Origin: an archaeon
GTDB lineage: Archaea; Nanobdellota; Nanobdellia; SCGC-AAA011-G17; GW2011-AR17
DNA: 64,000 nucleotides
Reading direction: 5' to 3'
NCBI GenBank assembly: GCA_043814545.1
Contig: JBDRJY010000007.1
Location: 6,819-70,818, forward strand
Numbering within the stretch: position 1 is the stretch's first letter; every line of letters begins with the position of its first letter. The position numbers and the translations under genes are program-made. A model generated the notes under the pieces. The model saw only the letters and a list, made by a program, of their open reading frames with translations, searched no databases and was not told where the DNA came from. Positions 54,898 through 63,799 of this stretch are shown here, piece by piece.

Positions 54898-55298
54898 ATT
54901 TTCGATTTGATAGGACTTTTTTCACCACAAGCTGTACATTTTAATGTTTTACCACCTTCAATAATCTCAGTGTCAGGTTTACCACACTTAGGACAAATAA
55001 CAAACTCATGAGCATACTGTTCAATCTTTGAATTAATGAACACAGAACTTAACTTTCTACCTAAGATTAAACGCGGACCATCAATCTTTGTCGGTGTAGC
55101 CAATTCATGTTGCAAGTATTTTAACAAATGCTGCGGATCTCTACTCAAATCTGAAGCAATCTGGAAAAAGTTTGTTAGAATCGTACGTATACCTTCAACA
55201 TGCCCTCTAACTTTAGGTATTTCAAACCGTTTTTCTTCAATAACATTCTTAGGCAACGTTTTCCCTGCACGTTTTAACAGTGTTTCATAATCAGTCAT
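54894..55298 (-). CDS. eif2b: translation initiation factor 2 beta subunit (aIF-2beta)
   Basis: Helical N-domain, central domain and C-terminal C4 Zn ribbon CPKCGKPDTEI..CTACGE. 134 aa. Confidence 0.85.
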   Translation of the reverse strand: MTDYETLLKRAGKTLPKNVIEEKRFEIPKVRGHVEGIRTILTNFFQIASDLSRDPQHLLKYLQHELATPTKIDGPRLILGRKLSSVFINSKIEQYAHEFVICPKCGKPDTEIIEGGKTLKCTACGEKSPIKSKI

Positions 55299-55322
55299 AA
55301 AAGGTTAGAAATTTTGTGTTGT

Positions 55323-55430
55323 TTATAAGCGTTTGGTTCTCTGCGGACCGCCTTTTTTATACACTCTCACCTTACGTTTCAACTTTTTCTCTTTCTTAGA
55401 TTTTCTTTTATCATAAGAGGGTTCTTCCAT
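55323..55430 (-). CDS. 35-aa highly basic small protein (not in ORF track). Possible small r-protein-like
   Basis: Hand translation is MEEPSYDKRKSKKEKKLKRKVRVYKKGGPQRTKRL. Its own motif copy (55461-55477) and an ATTTAAG TATA-like box sit about 25-30 nt upstream of the ATG. This is the same promoter architecture seen at the neighbouring genes. Confidence 0.4.
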   Translation of the reverse strand: MEEPSYDKRKSKKEKKLKRKVRVYKKGGPQRTKRL

Positions 55431-55460
55431 TAACAATAATCTAGATTTTAGAACTTAAAT

Positions 55461-55477
55461 GGTTTTTGGCTAACGCC
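55461..55477 (+). promoter_or_regulatory. motif copy with flipped stem: GGTTTTTGGCTAACGCC
   Basis: 13 nt 3' of the RPA-like gene stop, upstream of the 35-aa ORF. The stem is GGC-TAAC-GCC. Confidence 0.45.
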
Positions 55478-55489
55478 TGTAAGAAAAAC

Positions 55490-56140
55490 TCAAGAAAGAA
55501 TTTTTATAAAACCGTTCCGTGGACAAAACGCTTCACCTTCGCGAATAAGTTCTTCAATAACTTTTTCAGCTTCAACAACACTAACTCCGGCTTCCTTAAT
55601 TAACTGTTCAATATCTTTACCTTTAGAATCCTCACAATTTTCTATGATAGTAAATATTTTACCACGAACCAACATTGAAGGCTCGACTGGTTCTTCCTCT
55701 TCACTATCCATTTTAACTTGAACAGGTACATGTTCAGCCTTACCATAATCTTGTTCCAATTCTAAACGACGAAACTCATTCCATTTAGTATTACCTAAAT
55801 ACCGTGTAACTTCTGGACGTAAAAAAACTTCATCGTTTTGCACAGTTAACCGCCCAATAACAACGACTGAATCACCAACTTCCATATTCAAAACCATCGC
55901 AACATCTTCACCCCAAGCTTTAACACGAATTTGGCCAGAACCGTCGTCCAAAGTCAACGCAACGTAAGAAGAAGCTTCGCTAACATATTTTCCAATAACT
56001 AAAGCAATTAAATTTACACGTACAACACGTTTACCTTTAATGTCAAAAAACTTAAACCCTTCCTCATTGGTAACCACATTAGCACTAACCAAATCCCTAA
56101 TCCAAAACTTGTATGCGGTTTGTCTTTTTATCGGTGTCAT
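55490..56140 (-). CDS. OB-fold ssDNA-binding (RPA-like) protein with C-terminal winged-helix-like tail
   Basis: Central beta-rich OB-like segment (RVVRVNLIALVIGKYVSE..GQIRVKAWGE..VGDSVVVIGRL). Acidic linker. A C-terminal helical domain resembling the RPA32 wH. Adjacent to MCM. Confidence 0.4.
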   Translation of the reverse strand: MTPIKRQTAYKFWIRDLVSANVVTNEEGFKFFDIKGKRVVRVNLIALVIGKYVSEASSYVALTLDDGSGQIRVKAWGEDVAMVLNMEVGDSVVVIGRLTVQNDEVFLRPEVTRYLGNTKWNEFRRLELEQDYGKAEHVPVQVKMDSEEEEPVEPSMLVRGKIFTIIENCEDSKGKDIEQLIKEAGVSVVEAEKVIEELIREGEAFCPRNGFIKILS

Positions 56141-58173
56141 ATTTTCTGTATGAAATTCGGCTTAGGCTGGAAGATATCTCCCGAACGTTTAAGCTTTTCG
56201 ATTGCTTCTTCAACTTTATCAGCAGATATACCTTTTTCAGCAGCAAGCCTAATAATTTCTTCAATCTCAATCATTTTTTTACCTTTAGCATCTAAATCAG
56301 ATATAAGAGTTTTAATCCTAACAATTTTGCTCCGAGTAGCAGCAGTCATCCCGGTATTAATTATGTCAATATCTATTGTACCTGTCTCGGCATCAAAACC
56401 TACTTGTTGTAAACAATACATTTGCAAGTTGATAGCTTTCTCCGCATCTTGAAGATCAACAGTTTTCGATAACCGTATACGAGCTGCAGCTTCGGCCATA
56501 CGTATAATAGCTTCAAGCTGACGAGGAGATATTGGAATACTTTTAATTTCTTCTCTACCTTTACCTTGGTTACGCAATTTTACATAAAACTCTTTTATCT
56601 TGACAATAGCTTCTTCCGTCAAAACAGGTTTAACACGTTGACGAACATAAGCAATAAATTTACGCAAAGTAGCAGCAGATACCTCAGGTTCAGAATCTTT
56701 ATACGACTGATTATCCAAAATCTTACTAGCAATGTTTGTGTCCAAAATTTTGTCTGGAAGGTCACGTAAAACAAAAATCAAATCAAACCTGTTAATCAAC
56801 GGTAACGGCAAATTAATCTGTTGTGGTATTGAAGTGTACGGGTCAAACCTTCCCATCTTTGGGTTCGCAGCTGCAAGCACTGAAGTTTCCGAACGTAGGG
56901 TAGCTTGAATGTTAGCTTTAGCAATAGAAATCCGTTGCTGTTCCATACCTTCATGCAAAGCAGAAGTATCTTCCTCACGCATTTTATCCATTTCATCTAA
57001 AACAAGAATACCCCTATCAGCAAGAACTAACGCACCTGCTTCTAAAGCCCATCCTCTCAAAAATTCATCTTTAACAACAGTAGCAGTAATACCAGCACCG
57101 GATGCTGACCTTCCTGCAACATACCTAGACTTAGGCGCTGCCGCATGTGTGAAGGTAAGCAATTGCGATTTGCCTGAACCAGGATCACCTACCAACAAAA
57201 CGTGTAAATCGCCACGTGAAACTGTTCCATCTTTTTTCTTCTTTCTAACTCCACCCATCATTTGTAAAGTGATAGCTTCCTTAATCCTATCATGACCATA
57301 TATACTTGGCGCGATTGAACCAACAAGCTTTTGATAAAACCCTTCCTGCGCAGCCATTTTTTTAATTTCTATTTCATCCTCAGAATTAATTTCAATTTCA
57401 GAAAAATCTTCTTCAATAGGTTCAATATGATTACTATCCATTTTCAAATCATATCTGGTAGAAGTTGCACCTGTCCTCAACGGAACAGGAACATCTTTGA
57501 CAACACCTGTTACTCGAACTTTACTTCCAGGAGTAGTACGTTTTTCCATTTTAGGTTCAACAAGATCTTCAGATAAAAAAACCGATAGACGTTTAGGCTG
57601 CGCCCCCCCTTCAAGATCTTCAGGCGATTCTTCGATAACCAACCTTTGCACGTCAACTAACTCACGTGAAAGAATTCTAAACCGTCCTTTACGCCCACAC
57701 GAACATTTGGCCGGTTCACGAAACTGACTATCATGTTGTAAAACTGTTATAACATTCCCGCACGATGGACATTCAAATTTTGCAGAAACAACTTGTGGCC
57801 TAACTTCTGACGACTGTCTAATGATACCTTCAACCATTAAAAACTTGTTAAGATGCTCGCTTCGTAAATTCCTTATAGGCACTTTCTGACTTTGCGAGAG
57901 GTTCATAAACCTAACCCTAAAATTCTTAGGAGCTTCAAACTGTTCAAGAGCAATTTCTGAAGCTTTAACTGCATCATCAGGCTGTTCTAAAAGATCTTCG
58001 GCAAGGTCAACATCAAAACGGGACAAATCAGCAAAATCTACAACTAAGAAATTATTACCTTTAGACAACTGACTATGAATTTCATCTTTATAATTAGTTT
58101 CAAAAAATTCCTGAAAACGTTCTATTTGCTCAGTTGCATCTAAAGTCAAGTTACACCCCCTAATTATATACAA
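56137..58173 (-). CDS. mcm: MCM replicative helicase
   Basis: Zn motif CPSCG..CSCG. Walker A GDPGSGKSQ. Walker B ILVLDEMDKM. Arginine finger SVLAAANP. C-terminal wH. 678 aa, with no intein. Confidence 0.9.
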   Translation of the reverse strand: MYIIRGCNLTLDATEQIERFQEFFETNYKDEIHSQLSKGNNFLVVDFADLSRFDVDLAEDLLEQPDDAVKASEIALEQFEAPKNFRVRFMNLSQSQKVPIRNLRSEHLNKFLMVEGIIRQSSEVRPQVVSAKFECPSCGNVITVLQHDSQFREPAKCSCGRKGRFRILSRELVDVQRLVIEESPEDLEGGAQPKRLSVFLSEDLVEPKMEKRTTPGSKVRVTGVVKDVPVPLRTGATSTRYDLKMDSNHIEPIEEDFSEIEINSEDEIEIKKMAAQEGFYQKLVGSIAPSIYGHDRIKEAITLQMMGGVRKKKKDGTVSRGDLHVLLVGDPGSGKSQLLTFTHAAAPKSRYVAGRSASGAGITATVVKDEFLRGWALEAGALVLADRGILVLDEMDKMREEDTSALHEGMEQQRISIAKANIQATLRSETSVLAAANPKMGRFDPYTSIPQQINLPLPLINRFDLIFVLRDLPDKILDTNIASKILDNQSYKDSEPEVSAATLRKFIAYVRQRVKPVLTEEAIVKIKEFYVKLRNQGKGREEIKSIPISPRQLEAIIRMAEAAARIRLSKTVDLQDAEKAINLQMYCLQQVGFDAETGTIDIDIINTGMTAATRSKIVRIKTLISDLDAKGKKMIEIEEIIRLAAEKGISADKVEEAIEKLKRSGDIFQPKPNFIQKI

Positions 58174-58274
58174 AAGAATTCTACCGCCAATATAAAGTTT
58201 TATGTCTTATATTAAACAATTTTACGGGTTATATAAAAGAATGATGAAAAATGAAATAAAAGAAAAAGGTTTAT

Positions 58275-58832
58275 TTATACCTTTTTTTTATACCCTTTTG
58301 CAGCTAAAGTTTTAATCAACAATTCAACAGCTTCATGCAATTTTTTCTCTGAACGTGTACCCGTACAAACAATCTTACCATTACTAAACAATAGGAAAGT
58401 AGCTCTTGTATCAGGTAACTTATAAACCAGACCAGGGAACTGTTCCGGCTCGTATTCAGTATTAGGCAAGTTAATTGCTAACGAGTTCAAGTTAAGGTCA
58501 ATACCTATAGCACCAGATGCAACCATGTTCTGAACTTTACATACGGGGTTAATTGTTATTTTTATTTTAATTTTTTCTATATTTTTAATAATAGCTTCTA
58601 CAGATTCTTTCACTTTTGCCAAAGACTTAGCACCGGTACATACAACTTTACCTGAGCTAAATATCAAAGCAGAAGTTTTAGGATCTTTAATCCTCATAAC
58701 CAAACCTGGAAACTGTTCAGGGTTATATTCGGTGTTAGGTAATGTTTCAGCCAATTTCACCAATGGGATAGGCTGTCCTAAATATGTGGTAGCCACAATG
58801 TTTTGAATAATTACTTTTTTCTTTCCTGTCAT
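58275..58832 (-). CDS. tbp: TATA-box binding protein
   Basis: Two direct repeats (IQNIVATTYLG...GKVVCTGAKS / VQNMVASGAIG...GKIVCTGTRS). 185 aa. Confidence 0.9.
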   Translation of the reverse strand: MTGKKKVIIQNIVATTYLGQPIPLVKLAETLPNTEYNPEQFPGLVMRIKDPKTSALIFSSGKVVCTGAKSLAKVKESVEAIIKNIEKIKIKITINPVCKVQNMVASGAIGIDLNLNSLAINLPNTEYEPEQFPGLVYKLPDTRATFLLFSNGKIVCTGTRSEKKLHEAVELLIKTLAAKGYKKKV

Positions 58833-58987
58833 GTTTTTTGCCTCGCTTAAGGTAATTCTTTAAAAAGAAAGTTAAAAGTGTTTATAAAGGTATTTATAAA
58901 AGAAATTTTAGAATATAAAAGCTAATTCTTTAATATTTAAAGGAATTAGAGCTATTTGTCCTTATTTAGGAAATAAATTTTAGGGTT

Positions 58988-59009
58988 GGTTTTGCCTTTG
59001 GCTTTGATG
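58988..59009 (+). promoter_or_regulatory. motif copy 7: GGTTTTGCCTTTGGCTTTGATG
   Basis: 31 nt 3' of the ileS stop, about 155 nt upstream of tbp. Confidence 0.5.
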
Positions 59010-59039
59010 TTTGAAAATAGTGAATAAGGGACAAAAATA

Positions 59040-62000
59040 TTATTTCAAAATCTTAAAACTAACATTAAACATTTCACCTTTAATCATTTCTTTAGAACTA
59101 TGTTCAAACTCTTTACGTTCAAACACTAAAGATTTTGCACCAACTTTAATCATCATGTCATCTTTCCATTTATTCAATTCATAACCAGTTTGTATTGCTA
59201 ATTCTATTTCATCTGACTTTTCCAAACCTACTTTTTTTCTTAAATTCTGTACACGACGCATCAATTCTCTAGCAAACCCTTCAGCTTCTAACTCTTTATT
59301 CAATTCAGTGTCGATGTATAACACTCCACTTTTAAAATTAGCAGCAGTTAAGTTGGCAGGCAAAGTTTCTTTAACATGAATATGCGTCCTGTTCAATTCA
59401 AACTTGTCAACATTTGCAGAACCTTCCTTATAAATTTTTTTCATAACATCGTCGTTTAACATTTGTTTAATTTGAGGAGCATCAGCTTTGAAATCTTTAC
59501 CTATTGTGCCAGGGTTCATTGTAATTTCTACGCGAGCACCTTCAACTTCACTTTCAAACAACAATTGTTTAATATTAGTCTGACGCAAAACAATACTTTG
59601 CAATTTTTCTAACGAACCTAAAACATCTTTGTTCATTGTAAGAACTGTAACTTTTGACAAAGGCCATCTTACACTTATAATAGCTTTTTCCCGAGCAGAT
59701 AATATTGTAGCAATAACATCTTTCGCATGCTCAAAATTTTCTTCTAATTCAACAGAAACATAACTTGCCTCAGCCTTAGGCCAATCTAACAAATGCACAG
59801 ATTCTTCCGAAGCACCTAAACCATTTTCTTTCAGTTTCAAGTACAACTCTTCAGAAATCATCGGCATAACAGTTGCAAGCATTGTAATAATTTTCAACAA
59901 AACTTCATGTATAACATCAATCACAATCTGTTTTTGTTTAGGAGTACCAGTTGCAGCTTTATCACGTACTAACTGAATATAAGTTCTACTCAGTTCTAAA
60001 AACAAATCTTCAATCTGTAAAGGAACTTCGTTCAGCTGATACTTGTTAAACTTGTTAGTAACATCGTTAAGAGTAGAATGTAATTTTGATAAGATGTAAA
60101 CTTCTTCAACTTCCAACTTAGTTTTATCAATAGGGTTCGGTTTTACATTATTAGTTTTTACTAAATCAATAAGAAAGTTTACTAAGTTAGAAAGAATGAA
60201 AATATTTTTATGCTTAAGTTTCAAATCATCAAAGTTATAGTTCATGTCTACACCAGGATTAGCAGCACCAATTGCATAATACCTAAACGTGTCAGCACCA
60301 TACTTTTCAATAACTTCATAAGGAGAAATAATATTTTTTAACGACTTGCTCATCTTACGCCCTTCAGAATCGTTAATGAACCCGTGCATGTAAACAGCTT
60401 TATACGACGGTTGTTTGAACGCTACCATGCTTAAAGCCATTAAAGAATTGAACCAACCACGAATTTGATCTTTACCTTCAAGGATTAAATCCGGCTGTCC
60501 CAGTTTATCATAAAGTTCAGTCTTTCCTGGGTAACCAAGGGTCGCCCAAGGTGCTGCGCCTGAATCTAACCATACATCTAAAATATCTTCAATCCTCGAC
60601 ATTTCTTTTCCACATTTACATTTGATTTTAACTTCATCAATCCACGGCCTGTGCAAATTTTCTAATTTCATTCCGGAAGCATCTTCAACTTCTTTTTTCG
60701 AACCTAAAACTTTATGCTGACCACATTCACAAACCCAAATCGGTAAAGGTATACCCCAAAATCTTTGACGAGAAATGCACCAGTCTTGAAGATTTCGCAA
60801 CCATGAATCAAACCATTTATTACCTGCCCAATCAGGAACCCAAAGAATTTTTTTGTTATGCTCAATCATTTCACTTTTCAAGTTTTCAACTGCAAGGAAC
60901 CACTGGTTCGTAGCCCTAAATACAACAAGAGACTTACAGCGCCAACATCCAGGATACTCGTGTACGACCGGCGTTGAAGCTACTAAAAAACCTTTCTTAT
61001 CAATAGCTTCGATAAATTTAGGATCATCTTTCTTTGCAACTAAACCTTTGAAAAGCCCCATTTCTTCAGGGAACACACCATGTTCATCAATCAAATTGAA
61101 AGCAGGAATACCAAACTCTTTACCGACTTCATAATCTTCAGCACCACAACCCGGCGCCATGTGTACAAGGCCTGAACCTGACAACACGTCAACATACTTT
61201 TCTGACATTACAACCGAATACGCTTTTTCATTTTCGTCAAAAGTTTTTTGGTGGTAAGGTATTTCATCAAAGAACGGATGTTTGTACCGAGTTTTATACA
61301 AATCTAAACCTTTCAACTCTTCAACAATCTTATATTTGTGACCAGCAACCATTTGTATCACAGCACCAGCCAACGCTTTTGCCAAAATCCAAATTTCTCC
61401 AGTATCTTCAATCTTAACTTTAACATAATCATATTCAGGATGCGCCATTACACCCATGTTAAACGGAATAGTCCACGGCGTTGTCGTCCAAACAATTAAG
61501 AAAGTATTATCTTCGCCAATAACAGGAAGTTTTACAAAAATAGAATCATCTTTAACATTCTCATATTCTAATTCATGTTTTGCGAGAGCAGTTGCACAAC
61601 GCGGACACCAAGTCATACTTTTTTTACCTTGATACAAATAACCATTTTTGTTTGCCAAAGATAAAGCGTACCATGCACCTTCAATGTATTCGGTTTTAAC
61701 TGTCATGTACGGATTTTCCCAATCCATCCATATACCTAACCTCTTAAAATCTTTAATCATGGGATGCATTTTAGATATTGCATACTTTTCACACTCTTCG
61801 ATAAACTTTTTCATGCCAAGCTTTTCAAGAATTTCTTTTTTATTTTTCAAACCTAACTCTTTTTCTACAGAAACTTCGATAGGAAGACCATGCATGTCAA
61901 ATCCTGGTTGGTCCCAGACATTAAACCCATTCATTCTTTTAAAACGGATTAAGGAATCTCTAAGGGCTTTCCCCCAAGCGTGACCGATGTGTATAGCACC

Positions 62001-62132
62001 TGTAGTGTAAGGTGGACCGTCAAGATAAAAGAATTTTTTACCAGATTCAGTTTTAGCTTTAGCTTTCTGATAAATTTGATTATCATCCCAAAATTTAAGG
62101 ATTTTCTCTTCGGTTTTAACCACGTCTTGCAT
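59040..62132 (-). CDS. ileS: isoleucyl-tRNA synthetase
   Basis: HIGH motif PPYTTGAIHIGHAWG. KMSKS motif RKMSKSLKN. Editing CP1 region. 1030 aa. Confidence 0.9.
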   Translation of the reverse strand: MQDVVKTEEKILKFWDDNQIYQKAKAKTESGKKFFYLDGPPYTTGAIHIGHAWGKALRDSLIRFKRMNGFNVWDQPGFDMHGLPIEVSVEKELGLKNKKEILEKLGMKKFIEECEKYAISKMHPMIKDFKRLGIWMDWENPYMTVKTEYIEGAWYALSLANKNGYLYQGKKSMTWCPRCATALAKHELEYENVKDDSIFVKLPVIGEDNTFLIVWTTTPWTIPFNMGVMAHPEYDYVKVKIEDTGEIWILAKALAGAVIQMVAGHKYKIVEELKGLDLYKTRYKHPFFDEIPYHQKTFDENEKAYSVVMSEKYVDVLSGSGLVHMAPGCGAEDYEVGKEFGIPAFNLIDEHGVFPEEMGLFKGLVAKKDDPKFIEAIDKKGFLVASTPVVHEYPGCWRCKSLVVFRATNQWFLAVENLKSEMIEHNKKILWVPDWAGNKWFDSWLRNLQDWCISRQRFWGIPLPIWVCECGQHKVLGSKKEVEDASGMKLENLHRPWIDEVKIKCKCGKEMSRIEDILDVWLDSGAAPWATLGYPGKTELYDKLGQPDLILEGKDQIRGWFNSLMALSMVAFKQPSYKAVYMHGFINDSEGRKMSKSLKNIISPYEVIEKYGADTFRYYAIGAANPGVDMNYNFDDLKLKHKNIFILSNLVNFLIDLVKTNNVKPNPIDKTKLEVEEVYILSKLHSTLNDVTNKFNKYQLNEVPLQIEDLFLELSRTYIQLVRDKAATGTPKQKQIVIDVIHEVLLKIITMLATVMPMISEELYLKLKENGLGASEESVHLLDWPKAEASYVSVELEENFEHAKDVIATILSAREKAIISVRWPLSKVTVLTMNKDVLGSLEKLQSIVLRQTNIKQLLFESEVEGARVEITMNPGTIGKDFKADAPQIKQMLNDDVMKKIYKEGSANVDKFELNRTHIHVKETLPANLTAANFKSGVLYIDTELNKELEAEGFARELMRRVQNLRKKVGLEKSDEIELAIQTGYELNKWKDDMMIKVGAKSLVFERKEFEHSSKEMIKGEMFNVSFKILK

Positions 62133-62192
62133 ACGAAATTGGTTATGAGGCTTTATTTATATAATTTACCGTTTTAATATTGGGAAGGTTAA

Positions 62193-62215
62193 AGTTTTGC
62201 CTTACGGCTGAAAGG
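62193..62215 (+). promoter_or_regulatory. motif copy 8: AGTTTTGCCTTACGGCTGAAAGG
   Basis: Immediately 3' of the stop of 62217..62606(-). A TTATATAAAT box follows about 22 nt before the ileS ATG. Confidence 0.55.
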
Positions 62216-62216
62216 T

Positions 62217-62606
62217 TTATTTTGGTTTAATATCATGTACACTGCGCTTTACAACTTTCATATCAGACTTTAATCCAGTTATATCGCGTTTTAAATCCCT
62301 AACATCCATTTTCATCTCAGAAAAATCTTTTCTATGAGTTTTAAAATCAGAAGCTAAAGCATTAAATTGATTTCTTAAATGTTTTACATCAGAATTTAAT
62401 TTACTCAAAGAAAATCCTAAGCCAATAGTAATGGTAAGGTTTGCTACTAAAAATGCAATAATTATATCTTCTTTCACCCAAGATCCACCTAAAATTTTTC
62501 TTAATATTTGAAAAATAATAAACAATCCAAAAATGATTATAAAAATATATATTAAATGGCGTAAGGTTTTGTTCAAAAATATTTTATTAGTTATTTTTTT
62601 AAACAT
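62217..62606 (-). CDS. small membrane protein with coiled-coil C-terminus
   Basis: N-terminal TM (LIYIFIIIFGLFIIF) and a second TM, then a K/D-rich helical tail. A paralogous N-terminal fragment lies 300 bp upstream. Confidence 0.45.
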   Translation of the reverse strand: MFKKITNKIFLNKTLRHLIYIFIIIFGLFIIFQILRKILGGSWVKEDIIIAFLVANLTITIGLGFSLSKLNSDVKHLRNQFNALASDFKTHRKDFSEMKMDVRDLKRDITGLKSDMKVVKRSVHDIKPK

Positions 62607-62790
62607 ATTTTAAGCACCCACTAAGTTATATATTAACCAAATCCCTGTAACAATAGCCAATAAAATTGCTACAATCATAACTAAAGGAAATAATATGTCT
62701 TCATCCATAACTAAAACAAAAGTATTAATGTTTAAATAATTTGCTTAAGATTTTCTAAGAATTTTCCGAAAATAACGTAAAATCAATGGT

Positions 62791-63030
62791 TTAAAAAGCT
62801 TCAAAAATTTTAAGAATAATTTGCCAGATTATAATTAGACCAAAAACAATTATAAAAATATAGATTAAATGTCGTAAGGTCTTATTCAAAAATATTTTAT
62901 CCATAGTATTTACAAATTTTTTAGATAAATCCATACTAAAAATAAAGCTGTTATTGTTTAAATAATTATCCCAAAACCTGTAACAATCCAGTATAATTCC
63001 TTGGTATGAAAATTGTAGCTCTTTCATCAA
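62791..63030 (-). pseudogene. duplicated 5' fragment of the 62217..62606 gene (79-aa ORF)
   Basis: The protein segment KIFLNKTLRHLIYIFIIVFGLIIIWQ matches KIFLNKTLRHLIYIFIIIFGLFIIFQ in the neighbouring gene. At the DNA level, ~65 bp (62833-62900 vs 62524-62590) are about 88% identical. The fragment overlaps the next ORF. Confidence 0.35.
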
Positions 63031-63490
63031 ACTTTTTAGGATTCATTTTTTTATTAACAGAAACAATATCAAAAGGTAAACCGCTTGCATCTAAAACAGG
63101 ACGCATTGCAAAATCTTCTTTAGAATCGCCAAACAATAAAACTTGTTCTAAGTTAAAAGTTCTATCCATTTCTCCCATAGAATCTTTCAAAATAGAAGAT
63201 TTATCTTGGATACGCCAAAAACAGGCATCACAATTCAAATTTTTCACATCTCTCTCAACAATTTGTTGAATGTTTCTAGAAATAATTTCTTTACGAACCA
63301 TAGGATAACAAATGTCTAACATAAATTCAAACCCAGGATAATAAGGAGTGTCAGAAGCTTCAATTAACTCCTGCATGAATTCTTCAGAAAATGTAGGTAA
63401 TATGGTGTCGCAAACATATTCCCAGCTTGCATGTTCAGCATCTTTTGTTGAACCACCCTTGGCCCAAGTTTTAACAATTTCCCACGCCAC
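62966..63490 (-). CDS. hypothetical protein (GTG start), with a HAD-like GDSxxD motif near the C-terminus
   Basis: 174 aa. ..LLFGDSKEDF.. No motif I was seen in the window, so the call is weak. Confidence 0.3.
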   Translation of the reverse strand: MAWEIVKTWAKGGSTKDAEHASWEYVCDTILPTFSEEFMQELIEASDTPYYPGFEFMLDICYPMVRKEIISRNIQQIVERDVKNLNCDACFWRIQDKSSILKDSMGEMDRTFNLEQVLLFGDSKEDFAMRPVLDASGLPFDIVSVNKKMNPKKFDERATIFIPRNYTGLLQVLG

Positions 63491-63799
63491 ATGCGTTATC
63501 CAATTAGGATGTTGAATCCAATGAGAAACAAAGATGTTACATAGAAATTGACGAACAATTAGTTGAAGAATATTTAAAATAATCTTTTACCTATACAAAT
63601 TAACAAAGAATAATTTTATTTTCTTTCCTATTTCATTAATTTTTTCTTTTTTATCTACACATAAGGTTTAATTAACTGTTTAATTCCATAAACTGCAAAG
63701 AAAACTCGGAATTCTTCCAATAACAGAAACAAAAGCTTTATAAATTTCACAAAAAAATTAAATAAGGTGCTTTAGGGCACAAGTTAGGAGAAAGTTAAA

